A stretch of DNA of 63,828 bases, filler included, from Octopus bimaculoides (Eukaryota): the NCBI RefSeq assembly GCF_001194135.2. It is 5 parts of 5 records of this genome, joined end to end, with 100 filler letters (N's around TTAATTAATTAA, not from the genome) between each part and the next. Parts side by side here need not be neighbours in the genome. Positions count along the whole stretch, not along the records: positions 50,095 to 60,418 come from NC_068989.1; positions 60,519 to 63,828 come from NW_026362476.1; 3 more parts are not named here. One strand, written 5' to 3'. Under the pieces are notes generated by a model, which ran no database searches, had not been told where the DNA came from, and saw nothing but the letters and a program-made list of their open reading frames with translations. A program made the position numbers and the translations under genes. Shown here piece after piece: positions 50,360 through 62,629 of this stretch (the first letter of the stretch is position 1; every line of letters starts with the position of its first letter).

Positions 50360-50959
50360 CATGCCATATGTTGTACCTTAAAATTCTATCATTTTCAATT
50401 TGTGCACTAATTTCTTTGTTTCAACAATAACCATCATTGTTAAAACAGTAACCCTGGTATGCCTATAGTGAACAATCCAAGCATTCGGTTTTTTCTTCAA
50501 ATTTTGACCATTTATCGATTCCTCTTCAAAAATTGCATTTTCCCATCCGAAAGTCTTGATTTTTATACTTAATCTCTTCTCCATCTTTGAATGACATATT
50601 CAATAGATGATAATCCAAAAATGTCTGGCAACAATTCCGTTGCTAAGTATTTTAGTGTATTTGATAACTAATAGCTTATAACTAGCAAGATAAGATAGTT
50701 GCTTCTCCTTGGAATCCAAAAGGATTTTTTTTTTGTTAAAAATGCAATGAGTTATGAGAAAAGAGAATGTGGAATCCAGTTGTAAGAATATGGTTCAGGT
50801 CGAAGTACTTGCCAGTAAACCAGTGCAGCTGCTAAAGACTTCTATTTTCTCTTTACTAGTTTTTAAGCTAAAAACCTAGTATCTGTATACTTAGTGTAAA
50901 ACTGGATAAGAATCTACATTAAGCAGAATAAACAGAATATGCAAGATTGCGTTATTACA

Positions 50960-51003
50960 GATTACATTCAAATTCCGCCGAGGTCGACTTTGCTTTTCAT
51001 CCT
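50960..51003 (+). mobile_element. SINE family C fragment running into a gap
   Basis: ttcaaattccgccgaggtcgactttgcttttcatcct. Confidence 0.85.
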
Positions 51004-51898
51004 NNNNNNNNNNNNNNNNNNNNNNNNNNNNNNNNNNNNNNNNNNNNNNNNNNNNNNNNNNNNNNNNNNNNNNNNNNNNNNNNNNNNNNNNNNNNNNNNN
51101 NNNNNNNNNNNNNNNNNNNNNNNNNNNNNNNNNNNNNNNNNNNNNNNNNNNNNNNNNNNNNNNNNNNNNNNNNNNNNNNNNNNNNNNNNNNNNNNNNNNN
51201 NNNNNNNNNNNNNNNNNNNNNNNNNNNNNNNNNNNNNNNNNNNNNNNNNNNNNNNNNNNNNNNNNNNNNNNNNNNNNNNNNNNNNNNNNNNNNNNNNNNN
51301 NNNNNNNNNNNNNNNNNNNNNNNNNNNNNNNNNNNNNNNNNNNNNNNNNNNNNNNNNNNNNNNNNNNNNNNNNNNNNNNNNNNNNNNNNNNNNNNNNNNN
51401 NNNNNNNNNNNNNNNNNNNNNNNNNNNNNNNNNNNNNNNNNNNNNNNNNNNNNNNNNNNNNNNNNNNNNNNNNNNNNNNNNNNNNNNNNNNNNNNNNNNN
51501 NNNNNNNNNNNNNNNNNNNNNNNNNNNNNNNNNNNNNNNNNNNNNNNNNNNNNNNNNNNNNNNNNNNNNNNNNNNNNNNNNNNNNNNNNNNNNNNNNNNN
51601 NNNNNNNNNNNNNNNNNNNNNNNNNNNNNNNNNNNNNNNNNNNNNNNNNNNNNNNNNNNNNNNNNNNNNNNNNNNNNNNNNNNNNNNNNNNNNNNNNNNN
51701 NNNNNNNNNNNNNNNNNNNNNNNNNNNNNNNNNNNNNNNNNNNNNNNNNNNNNNNNNNNNNNNNNNNNNNNNNNNNNNNNNNNNNNNNNNNNNNNNNNNN
51801 NNNNNNNNNNNNNNNNNNNNNNNNNNNNNNNNNNNNNNNNNNNNNNNNNNNNNNNNNNNNNNNNNNNNNNNNNNNNNNNNNNNNNNNNNNNNNNNNNT

Positions 51899-51958
51899 TT
51901 GTCTGTCCTTGTTTGTCCCCTCTATGTTTATCCCCTTGTGCGCAATAAAGAAATAAAT
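51899..51958 (+). mobile_element. Repeat family F 3' end
   Basis: tttgtcccctctatgtttatccccttgtgcgcaataaagaaataaat. Confidence 0.55.
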
Positions 51959-52049
51959 ACAGGTTACACAAAGGAAGTGGACTGGCAAAAATCGTTAACT
52001 CACCGGACAGAAAGGTTTACATTCGTCCATCTTTACAATCTGAATTAAG

Positions 52050-52402
52050 ACTCTGCCGAGGTCGACCTTGCCTTTGATTCTTTTGGGGTCGATGAAGTAA
52101 GTACCAGCTGAACAATAGGGTAGGCGTAATCGACAACCCCTTCCCACAAATTGCAGGCCTTGTACCTAAAGTAGAATGAATTATTAGAGGTTAGAAACGT
52201 CGGATGCTGACAGTATCGTTTGAACGTGGGAGAAAATATCTGTCTTCTTGCTGTCTAAGTTCAGAGTTCAAATCCCACCGAAATCAACAATGCCTTCCAT
52301 CTCCCCGTGTCCGATAAAATGAAGTACCAGCCAAGCACTAAGGTCAATGGTATCGACTAAATTTCTCACCTCAAAATTACTAGCCTTGTGCCCAAAGTAG
52401 AT
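52050..52402 (+). mobile_element. Two tandem SINE family C copies (~52050-52185 and ~52200-52402)
   Basis: Each carries the gcctt(t/c)...cgat(g/a)aa..aagtaccag block and a gccttgt(a/g)cc(t/c)aaagtaga tail. Confidence 0.82.
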
Positions 52403-52505
52403 ACTTGTATCACAAGTTAGAGCATCTAAAATTGATTCACTCTCTCGCACCTGGTGACGACAGTATTGCCTCTGAGCATCTAAAAAATCACATTCACCTG
52501 TACTC

Positions 52506-52776
52506 AATGTGTCTTTTGCCGAACCGCTAAGTTACGGGGATGTAAACGCGCCATCATCGGTTGTCAAGCGATGTTGGGATGGGGGACAAACATACACACA
52601 TGTATATATACATATATATAAATACGACGGGCTTCTTTCAATTTTCGTCTACCAAATCCACCCACAAGGCTTTGGTCAGCCCGAGGATATAGTAGAAGAC
52701 ACCCAAGGCACCATGCAGTGGGACCGAACCCGGAACCATGTGGTTGGTAAGCCAGCTACTTACCACACAGCCACTA
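52506..52776 (-). mobile_element. SINE family A, tail missing
   Basis: ttttgccgaaccgctaagttacgggg...cgacgggcttctttc...cggaaccatgtggttggtaagccagctacttaccacacagcc. Confidence 0.92.
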
Positions 52777-53692
52777 TCAAATATATATGTGTTTTATTAT
52801 TTTTATAATTTGTATATATTAATTTTATTATAAATGCAAAACAATACCACGGAAGAATCAACGGAAGCTTAACCAATAAACAGCGATATGAACCGCAAAA
52901 TGGCGAAGTATTACCGTGCAGTGAATGGCAAAGAAGGTCCAGTAGAGTAGATAAAGAATCGAAGGAGTCCATCGGCAATAAATGTAGGCGAAACATTGAT
53001 TTAATGCTTAATACTTTTAATTTTTTTCTTTCTTTTCTTTTTTTTCTTTTGATTAAATTAATATTTTTTCATACATTNNNNNNNNNNNNNNNNNNNNNNN
53101 NNNNNNNNNNNNNNNNNNNNNNNNNNNNNNNNNNNNNNNNNNNNNNNNNNNNNNNNNNNNNNNNNNNNNNNNNNNNNNNNNNNNNNNNNNNNNNNNNNNN
53201 NNNNNNNNNNNNNNNNNNNNNNNNNNNNNNNNNNNNNNNNNNNNNNNNNNNNNNNNNNNNNNNNNNNNNNNNNNNNNNNNNNNNNNNNNNNNNNNNNNNN
53301 NNNNNNNNNNNNNNNNNNNNNNNNNNNNNNNNNNNNNNNNNNNNNNNNNNNNNNNNNNNNNNNNNNNNNNNNNNNNNNNNNNNNNNNNNNNNNNNNNNNN
53401 NNNNNNNNNNNNNNNNNNNNNNNNNNNNNNNNNNNNNNNNNNNNNNNNNNNNNNNNNNNNNNNNNNNNNNNNNNNNNNNNNNNNNNNNNNNNNNNNNNNN
53501 NNNNNNNNNNNNNNNNNNNNNNNNNNNNNNNNNNNNNNNNNNNNNNNNNNNNNNNNNNNNNNNNNNNNNNNNNNNNNNNNNNNNNNNNNNNNNNNNNNNN
53601 NNNNNNNNNNNNNNNNNNNNNNNNNNNNNNNNNNNNNNNNNNNNNNNNNNNNNNNNNNNNNNNNNNNNNNNNNNNNNNNNNNNNNNNNNNNN

Positions 53693-53988
53693 CTTTGTAA
53701 GCCTTATTCTATCGGTATCTATTGTCGAACCGCCAGGTTATGGGGACACAGACACGCCTATAGTGGTTGTCAAGCGGTAGTAGCGGTATAAACACAGAAC
53801 AAAGACACACACACACACACACACACAGATATATATATATACGACGAGCTTCTTACAGTTTCCGTCTATCAAATCCACTCACATGGCTTCGATCGGCCCG
53901 AGGCTATAGCTGAAGACACTTGCTCAAGGTGCAACAGTGTGGGACTGAACCCGGAACCATGTGGTTGGGAAGCCAGCTTCTTACCACA
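53693..53988 (-). mobile_element. SINE family A between two gaps
   Basis: ctttgtaagccttattctatcgg...cccgaggctatagctgaagacacttgctcaaggtgc...cttcttaccaca. Confidence 0.92.
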
Positions 53989-54163
53989 NNNNNNNNNNCT
54001 ACTACTACTACTACTACTACTACGACGACGACGACGACGACGACGACGTTTTCAAGTAACTTTGGTGGTTGCGGTGGTCTTACGCGAGTGATACATGTAT
54101 ATGTTGTGCTTTGTGTGTATGTGTATATGGTCAATTATATGTGTGTGCATGTATGCGTGTGTA

Positions 54164-54208
<45 letters not shown>

Positions 54209-54557
54209 AGGTCACATGTGTAAGTGTGTGGAATGTAAAAAATCATGTATGTTTGTGTTTGTTCAGTTGTATGTGCACACACGCACAGACACACGTAGAC
54301 ACGTACACACATGCATAACAACAGACACTCACGCAGACATATACCTGAATAATCGCACGCACGCACGCGCGCGCGAACAGTTGACCACACAAGACAACGG
54401 TTCAGAACAGCAGCCATAACAGTACGAACACTGTAGTTCTGTTTCCACCTCTTCCTTCTACTCTCTTTACACTGCTTCCTTTCTTTATCACCTTCTCCTC
54501 CCCCCCACCACCACCACCGGCAGTCTTTCTCTTCTCCTCTATATTAACTACAGAGCC

Positions 54558-54707
54558 ATGTGTGTGTGTGTGTGTGCGCTCGTTGTGTGTGTGTTTGTGT
54601 GTGTGTGCGTTGTGCGCGTGTGTGTGCGTGTTTTGTGTTTGTGTGTGTGTGTGTCTGTGTGTGGGTGCATGAGGGTGTACGTGCTTGTGCGTTGTGTGTT
54701 TGTGTAT

Positions 54708-54738
<31 letters not shown>

Positions 54739-54950
54739 CGTTTTGCATGTGTGTGTGTGTGTGTATGTGTGTGTGTGTGTGTGTGTGGGGTTTGTGTGTG
54801 TGTGTGTGTGCGTGCGTTTTGTGTTAGTGTGTGTGTCTGTTTGTGTGCATATATGTATGCATGTATGTGTTTGTATTGTGAGTGTGCATGTTTGCACGTG
54901 GGTGCGTTTGTGTGTGTATTTATGTGTATTCATGTGTGCGTCTGTATTTG
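54558..54950. repeat. Long imperfect (TG)n tract
   Basis: Read directly. Confidence 0.92.
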
Positions 54951-54999
54951 TGAGTATTTTCGTGTTTTTTATTTTTTTTTTACTTGCTTCAGTTTTTTA

Positions 55000-55213
55000 T
55001 TTTTTACTTGGTTTTTACTTGCGGCAATGCTGGAGCACCGGATCGAAGAGTTTTTAGCCGAACGAATTGACCCCAGAATTTTTTTGTTTTTTAATATTTT
55101 AAGCCTGGTGCCTATTTTATCGTTTTTCTTTTCTTCTCGAAACGCTAGCTTACAGGGACGTAAACAAACCAACACTGGTTGTCAGGTGGCGAAGGGGGAC
55201 AAATAAAGACACA
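55000..55213 (-). mobile_element. SINE family A 3' half, old
   Basis: gcggcaatgctggagcacc...gggacgtaaacaaaccaacactggttgtca. Confidence 0.75.
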
Positions 55214-55661
55214 CTGTGTGGTAAGAAGCTTGCTTCCCAACCACATTGTTCCGAGTTCAGTCCCTCTGTGTGGCACCTTGGGCAAGTGCTTTCTACTATA
55301 GCCTTCGGCCGACCAAAGCCCTGTGAGACGGAAACTGAAAGAAGCCCGTTGTATATATACATATATATTATATTCATATAAAGGTGAAAATTTTAAAGAT
55401 ATTTTAATATGCTGGCCACTTTGATGGAATGCTTTGGCAAAATTTCTTTTATCCTATATTAGAAGTATATATTCATAAATATATATCTATGTGTGTGTGT
55501 GCTCCCCACCGGTGTTGGTATGTTTGTGTCTCCGTAACTTAGCGTTTCGACCGATAGGATAAGTACCAGATTTTAAAAAATTAAGACCTGGAGTCGATTC
55601 ATTCGACTAAAGGTTCAAGGTGATACCCCACCATGGCCGCAGTCTACTGTCTGAAACAAGT
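55214..55661 (+). mobile_element. SINE family A with ~130 bp of extra AT-rich sequence in the linker
   Basis: Head at 55214-55352 and 3' half at 55488-55661 (catggccgcagtctactgtctgaaacaag). Confidence 0.85.
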
Positions 55662-55988
55662 ATATATATATATATATACGACGGGCTTCTTTCAGTTTCT
55701 GTGTATCAAATCCACTCACCAGGATTTGGTCGGCCCGAAGTTATAGTNNNNNNNNNNNNNNNNNNNNNNNNNNNNNNNNNNNNNNNNNNNNNNNNNNNNN
55801 NNNNNNNNNNNNNNNNNNNNNNNNNNNNNNNNNNNNNNNNNNNNNNNNNNNNNNNNNNNNNNNNNNNNNNNNNNNNNNNNNNNNNNNNNNNNNNNNNNNN
55901 NNNNNNNNNNNNNNNNNNNNNNNNNNNNNNNNNNNNNNNNNNNNNNNNNNNNNNNNNNNNNNNNNNNNNNNNNNNNNNNNNNNNNNNN

Positions 55989-56122
55989 TTCTGCAAAAGA
56001 GAGACCGATAGAATAAATACTAGGCTTACAAAGAATAAGTCCTTGGGTCGATTTGCTCGACTAAAGGCGGTGCTCCAGCATGGCCGCAGTCAAATGACTG
56101 AAACAAGTAAAAAAGTAAAGGG
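55989..56122 (+). mobile_element. SINE family A 3' end, near consensus (young), emerging from a gap
   Basis: Almost identical to 48490-48600 and to the reverse complement of 43985-44100. Confidence 0.93.
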
Positions 56123-56140
56123 TATATATATATATATATA

Positions 56141-56300
56141 CGACGGGCTTCTTTCAGTTTCTGTGTATCAAATCCACTCACCAGGATTTGGTCGGCCCGA
56201 AGTTATAGTAAAAGACACTTTTCCAAGATGCCACGATGAGAGACTGAACTTGGAACCATGGGGTTGGGAAGCAAACTTCTTACCACACAGCCACGCCTTC
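56141..56300 (-). mobile_element. SINE family A 5' half (first 69 bp duplicated at 55679-55747)
   Basis: cgacgggcttctttcag...gaagcaaacttcttaccacacagccacgcct. Confidence 0.92.
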
Positions 56301-57163
56301 ACCTACGTTTATGAATGTCCGAAAGACAGACTGTGCGAGTGTACGTGAGCAATTAAAGACAGATAGATAGAGAGACAAATAGATAGATTAATACATAGGT
56401 AGATGGATAGAGGGAGACAGGGAGAGAGAGAGGAGGAAATCAGAGAGATAGAAATTAATAGAGAGAGAAGGAGAGAAAGAGATGAGGAGCAAAAGCGAAT
56501 TGTGCGAATGTAAATGTGTGTGTGTGAATATCTGTAGGTATATTAAGAGTGCGCGCGCGTTTTTGAATGTGTGTTTGTGTGCGTGTAAACATTAGTAAAT
56601 ATGCTGAAACTCTCTCTCTCTCTCTCTCACGCAAATGAAAGAGAAAGAGAAAGAAAGACAGATTGAAAGAGAAAGAGAGGCAAGAATAGTTTCACATGAT
56701 TGAACACACACACACACGTACATACACACGCATATACACTCTCAATTCTACATTCGGCGACGATGTATACACGGCGATACACACACACGCACATACACAC
56801 ACATCGTCACATCCAATCGCTATCACATTTACTTCTTTACGTCTCTCCCTCCCTCCCTCTCTCTCACTTTCATACAAGTACTCACACCATCGCTCATTTA
56901 CCACAGTGATACATCACCTAATCTCCTCCTCCTGCTTCTACTCTCACTCACACTCTACCGAAACCTCACTCCAACAGTATATTCCATCCATTCAGCGTTA
57001 AACCATGCAGCGAACAGGAATTCTTTACTTCTGTGGACTTTTCTCTCTCAATCTTCCAATATACACAGGTAATATATATATACTTTATACATACAGCTTT
57101 CTGCTCTTTTATATATACATATATATATATATACACACCCACACACTATTATATAGCTTAGGG

Positions 57164-57164
<1 letters not shown>

Positions 57165-57247
<83 letters not shown>

Positions 57248-57248
57248 G

Positions 57249-57347
<99 letters not shown>

Positions 57348-57348
57348 G

Positions 57349-57380
<32 letters not shown>
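57165..57380. repeat. Near-perfect (TCTA)n of about 215 bp
   Basis: Read directly. Confidence 0.97.
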
Positions 57381-57381
<1 letters not shown>

Positions 57382-57445
57382 GCATGCATGTATGCATGTG
57401 TACGTATATACGGTGTTCTTATGTAACTTTGTATAAATGTATGTT

Positions 57446-57516
<71 letters not shown>

Positions 57517-57679
57517 ACATATATAAGTGTGTGTGTGTGTGTGTATGTATGCATTTATGTTTGTATGTAGATGTATGTATCTATGCATGTGTATGTATGT
57601 ACGAATGTTTATATATATGTATGAACATGTGTACGTATCTATATATGTGGGTGCGTGTTTATAAGTGTTTGTTTGTATG

Positions 57680-57713
<34 letters not shown>

Positions 57714-57724
57714 TGCGTACATTG

Positions 57725-57812
57725 GCAAAAGCATGAACGGCTGTTGAGAAGTTCGTTTCCCAACCACCTGGTTGTAGTTTCGAACTCTGCGTGGTATTTT
57801 GACCAATAACAT
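57725..57812 (+). mobile_element. SINE family A-like head, very diverged
   Basis: gagaagttcgtttcccaaccacctggtt...ctctgcgtggtattttgaccaa. Confidence 0.45.
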
Positions 57813-58605
57813 GTCAGTGGTTTATAGCAAACGCAAACTGTGCTGAAGATCAGTTGGCTATGCTATACTTACATGCATATATGCATGCTCACATGCATAC
57901 ATACATACATACATACATACATACATACATACATAACATACATTTTTCCATACAGAGGTGTGTATATCTGCGTACTGTGCACCTATACATGTTGCATGTA
58001 TGTATATGTGTGTGTGTGTGAGAGAGAGAGTGTGTGTGTGTATGAAATAGATACGTATCTATATTGTATATATATATATATATATATATATNNNNNNNNN
58101 NNNNNNNNNNNNNNNNNNNNNNNNNNNNNNNNNNNNNNNNNNNNNNNNNNNNNNNNNNNNNNNNNNNNNNNNNNNNNNNNNNNNNNNNNNNNNNNNNNNN
58201 NNNNNNNNNNNNNNNNNNNNNNNNNNNNNNNNNNNNNNNNNNNNNNNNNNNNNNNNNNNNNNNNNNNNNNNNNNNNNNNNNNNNNNNNNNNNNNNNNNNN
58301 NNNNNNNNNNNNNNNNNNNNNNNNNNNNNNNNNNNNNNNNNNNNNNNNNNNNNNNNNNNNNNNNNNNNNNNNNNNNNNNNNNNNNNNNNNNNNNNNNNNN
58401 NNNNNNNNNNNNNNNNNNNNNNNNNNNNNNNNNNNNNNNNNNNNNNNNNNNNNNNNNNNNNNNNNNNNNNNNNNNNNNNNNNNNNNNNNNNNNNNNNNNN
58501 NNNNNNNNNNNNNNNNNNNNNNNNNNNNNNNNNNNNNNNNNNNNNNNNNNNNNNNNNNNNNNNNNNNNNNNNNNNNNNNNNNNNNNNNNNNNNNNNNNNN
58601 NNNNN

Positions 58606-58745
58606 ACGTAGCGGTTTGGCAAAAGTGACCGATAGAATAAATACTAGGCTTACAAAGAATAAGTCTTGGGGTCGATTTGCTCGACTAAAGGTGGTGCTTC
58701 AGCATGGCCGCAGTCAAATTACTGAAACAAGTAAAGAAGTACAAG
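58606..58745 (+). mobile_element. SINE family A 3' end, young, emerging from a 514-N gap
   Basis: gaccgatagaataaatactaggcttacaaagaataag...gcatggccgcagtcaaattactgaaacaagtaaagaagt. Confidence 0.92.
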
Positions 58746-58991
58746 AAAATTTAATGTCAGCCTCGCTGTGAAAAGTAAACAAACTGTTTGTTTGTTGAAG
58801 TCCAGGTTTTTAGTTTTGCTAGAATAGGAATAAGGAGCTGGGGGTGTAAATAGGAGAAAGTAGATGGGTGTTGTACAACGAGGCATTGACTCTCCTTTTG
58901 CCATTATGCAGTCACAGGTGGAATGCACCAGTCATTGGTCAGTTGGATGGACAATTGTAACCAACGACGATATTGGTCATTCATTATGCGT

Positions 58992-59196
58992 CTATGTATG
59001 TATGTATGTATGTATGTATGTATGTATGTATGTATGCATGTATGTATGTATGTATGCATGCATGCATGTATGTATGTATGTAGGTATTTATGTATGTGTG
59101 TATGTATGTATGTATAAATGTATGTATGTATGTATGTATGTATGTATGTATGTGTGTATGTATGTTTGTATGTATGTATGTATGTATGTATGTAAG

Positions 59197-59232
<36 letters not shown>

Positions 59233-59330
59233 ATCCATCCATCCATTCATCCAGCCAGCCAGCCATATATACATACATACATACATACATACATACATAC
59301 ATACATACACACATACAACTATCTATCTAC
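58992..59330. repeat. Compound (TATG)n-(TCTA)n-(CCAT)-(CATA)n tetranucleotide tract
   Basis: Read directly. Confidence 0.93.
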
Positions 59331-59658
59331 CTGTCTGTCTGTTTATCTAGCTATATGACTATGTATCTCTTTAGCTTTCTGTCTGTTTGACTGACTTTCT
59401 GTGCCTATGTCTGTGTACGTATGTATATCATTATTCAGTTTATTTCAAGATTTCTTGCCATTAGAGAAAGAACCGGTTTCTAACCTAGATCCAAGGTTCC
59501 TTCATTGGAATTTCAACATCAACAACAGGGTAATTTTGTATGTATGTATGTATGTATGTGCGTGTATGTATATAGTTATAATTATACTTGAGGATGGTTG
59601 TATTATGCTATTATGCGAATTACATAAACGTGTGTTTGTGTGTGTATATATATATATT

Positions 59659-59690
<32 letters not shown>

Positions 59691-60379
59691 CATAATATAT
59701 ATATGTATGTATGTATATACATATGTATGTATGTATATATATATATTACAATTAAAAAGGTAAAGGTTTATCAATTTATTAATTTATTAATAAATTAACA
59801 ATTAATAATTTTTTATCAAGCCCTTCGGTATGTAAACACCATTATCGGTGGAGAACTTATTTAAAAGTTCTTATACATTTATAAATATAATTAAGGGATC
59901 AGCAAACAGTTGCTTCACCACATACCGAAGTTCAGAAATAGCAGCTAAAGTGCTGAGACTCCAACAGATAGCATTACTTGTAACTCACAAAGGCAAAACA
60001 AGAAGAAAAAAACAATGAAAACTAGCCAGTCGAAGTTATATATATATATTCGTATACGTGTATAAATACATGTGTATATATGTATACGTTTGTATGCGTA
60101 TATATATATTATATATATTTTATTTAAAAGCAGCAGAAATATATTACTCTACATATGTATGTTTATGTATACATATCTTTATATATATACATACATACAC
60201 ATATATATGTATATATATGCAAATATATAGATGTATGTGTGTATTAAGTACATGAATGTATATATAGATGTGGATATACTTTTATATATATGTATGTGTG
60301 TACACACAACACAAACACATCCACATATATGCATATATTTGTATCTAAGTATGTATATGCGCAAATATGTATATATATG

Positions 60380-60418
<39 letters not shown>

Positions 60419-60644
60419 NNNNNNNNNNNNNNNNNNNNNNNNNNNNNNNNNNNNNNNNNNNNTTAATTAATTAANNNNNNNNNNNNNNNNNNNNNNNNNN
60501 NNNNNNNNNNNNNNNNNNGAGGAGGAGGAGGACGAGGAGGACGAGGAGGAGGAGGAGGACGAGGAGGAGGAGGAGGAGAAGGATGATGATGATGATGATG
60601 ATGATGAATAAATAAAACAACTACTGCATAATTATCCTATTTTT

Positions 60645-60847
60645 ACTATAGGCGCAAGGCCTAATACTCTTGGAGAAGGGTGTAGTGGGTGTAATCAACC
60701 CCCAATGCTCGACTGGAACTTACTTTATGGACCCCCGAAAGGATGAAAGGCAAAGTCGACATCGCCGGAATTTGAACCCAGTACATAAAGACGACAAAAT
60801 GTCGTTATGCATTTTCGTGTAAACGATTCTGTCAGCTTGTCGCCTTA
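60645..60847 (-). mobile_element. SINE family C, full length, diverged
   Basis: taggcgcaaggcc...cccgaaaggatgaaaggcaaagtcgacatcgccggaatttgaaccc...gattctgtcagcttgtcgcctt. Confidence 0.88.
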
Positions 60848-61505
60848 AATGATGACGACGACGACGACGACGACGATGCTGCTGCTGCTGCTGATGATGA
60901 TGATGATGGTGGTGGTGAAACACGTAAATAAAAAAAAACTACTGCATAATTATAAAAATATATTGGTATGTATCCAGTTGAAATCTTTTCCCTTGTGAAC
61001 TAACGACAACAGCAGCAGCAACAGCAAAATTAAGTCTCATATAACTTTTATTACATCTAAGCAGTAATTTCATATAATTCATGCTGATCCTATATGAAAA
61101 GAGAAAAAAAACACTAAACTTCAGTAAGTGAGTGTAAGATAATTTGGTGTGGTGAGACGAAGATATTGCAGCAGCACTGATTTATAACATCGTATGCAAG
61201 ATACTCAAGCTGAGAGTAGGAATTGGGGAGCGCGCCGTTGAACAAATTAACAGAATAAATATATCTGAATATATATATATGTGAGTGTGTGTGTGTGTGT
61301 GTATGTGTGTGTGTGCGTGTGTGTGTGTGTGTGTATGTGTGTGTGTGTGTGCATGTATGTATGTATGTATTTATAAGTGTANNNNNNNNNNTATGTGTGT
61401 GTGTGTGTGCATGTATGTATGTATGTATTTATAAGTGTATATATATATATATATACAATATAAATCATATATATATCCATATATACATACGTATATGTAC
61501 ATACT

Positions 61506-61890
61506 AGTGGAGGCGCAATGGCCCAGAGGTTAGGGCAGCGAACTCGCGGTCATACGATCGCGGTTTCGATTCCCAGACCGGGCGCTGTGAGTGTTTATTG
61601 AGCGAAAACACTTAAAGATCCACGAGGCTCCAGCAGGGGATGGTGGCGAACCCAGCTGTACTCTTTCACCACAACTTTCTCTCACTCTTACTTCCTGTTT
61701 CTGTTGTACCTGTAATTCAAAGGGCCAGCCTTGTCACACTGTGTCACGCTGTATCTCCCCGAGAACTACGTTAAGGGTACACGTGTCTGTGGCGTGCTCA
61801 GCGACTTGCACGTTAATTTCACGAGCAGGCTGTTCCGTTATTCGGATCAACTGGAACCCTCGACGTCGTAAGCGACGGAGTGCCAACAAC
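61506..61890 (+). mobile_element. SINE family B1, full length, with an 11-bp target-site duplication
   Basis: tRNA-like head ggaggcgcaatggcccagaggttagggcagcg...ggtttcgattccc and a (CAA)-type tail. TSD atgtacatact at 61495-61505 and 61891-61901. Confidence 0.95.
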
Positions 61891-62426
61891 ATGTACATAC
61901 TTACATCTATACGTATATATATGGGCACAGGACGTCATGAAACGTGTACAACAAAAAAGTACGAAGCACGAGTACATGGAACATGAACTATTCTTTCGAA
62001 GAACGAAAGACACAAAATGGAAATCAAAACAAACAACACAAAGGAAGACCCTTCATCAGTTGTTGGCTGTTTTTCTAGACTCGCATTTCAAGCATTTAGC
62101 AACAATATACGCTTTCGATAAAACAGTTGCTCCCGGACACCAAACTAAATAAATTTTGGGATTTTGCGGAGAGCAAAATAGGTGACACAAACAGGACAGT
62201 GAAAACAAACAGGAAGGGCTGCGAAGCCTAAACGAGGTTGTGATGGCAAACGCGTAAATCAAGCTAGGACAGGATACAAACAAGAACACGTTTTCCTTGT
62301 TCCAGTTACAACGGAGTGAAAGAAAGATGGCCGATGGTTACTTGGGAGACATGTCAGCAAGGGAGAAAGAGTGAGGGAGAGTGACAGACAGAGTAATAGG
62401 AAAAACATATATATATATCTATATCT

Positions 62427-62629
62427 ACCCCAGGACTTATTCTTTGTAAGCCTAGTACTTATTCTATCGGTCTCTTTTGCCGAACCGCTAAGTTACGGAG
62501 ACGCAAACGCACGATCATCGGTTGTCAAGTGATGTTGGGGAGGACAAAAACAGACACAGAAACATATACACACACATACATATACACATATACATATATA
62601 CGACGGGTTTCTTTCAGTTTCCGTCTACC
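62427..62629 (-). mobile_element. SINE family A middle part running into a gap
   Basis: ccccaggacttattctttgtaagcctagtacttattctatcggtctcttttgccgaaccgctaagttacgg...ctttcagtttccgtctacc. Confidence 0.92.

Noticed and set aside
58910-58992. Open frames after a cag/ acceptor (GGMHQSLVSWMDNCNQRRYWSF)
   Set aside because: Two frames are equally open, the donor would lie within (TATG)n, and no homology is recognised.
61330-61440. Direct duplication of gtgcatgtatgtatgtatgtatttataagtgta around a 10-N gap
   Set aside because: Same contig-overlap artefact.
61506-61585. tRNA-like sequence as a tRNA gene
   Set aside because: It is the head of a 385-bp TSD-flanked SINE, with no proper acceptor stem or T-run terminator.
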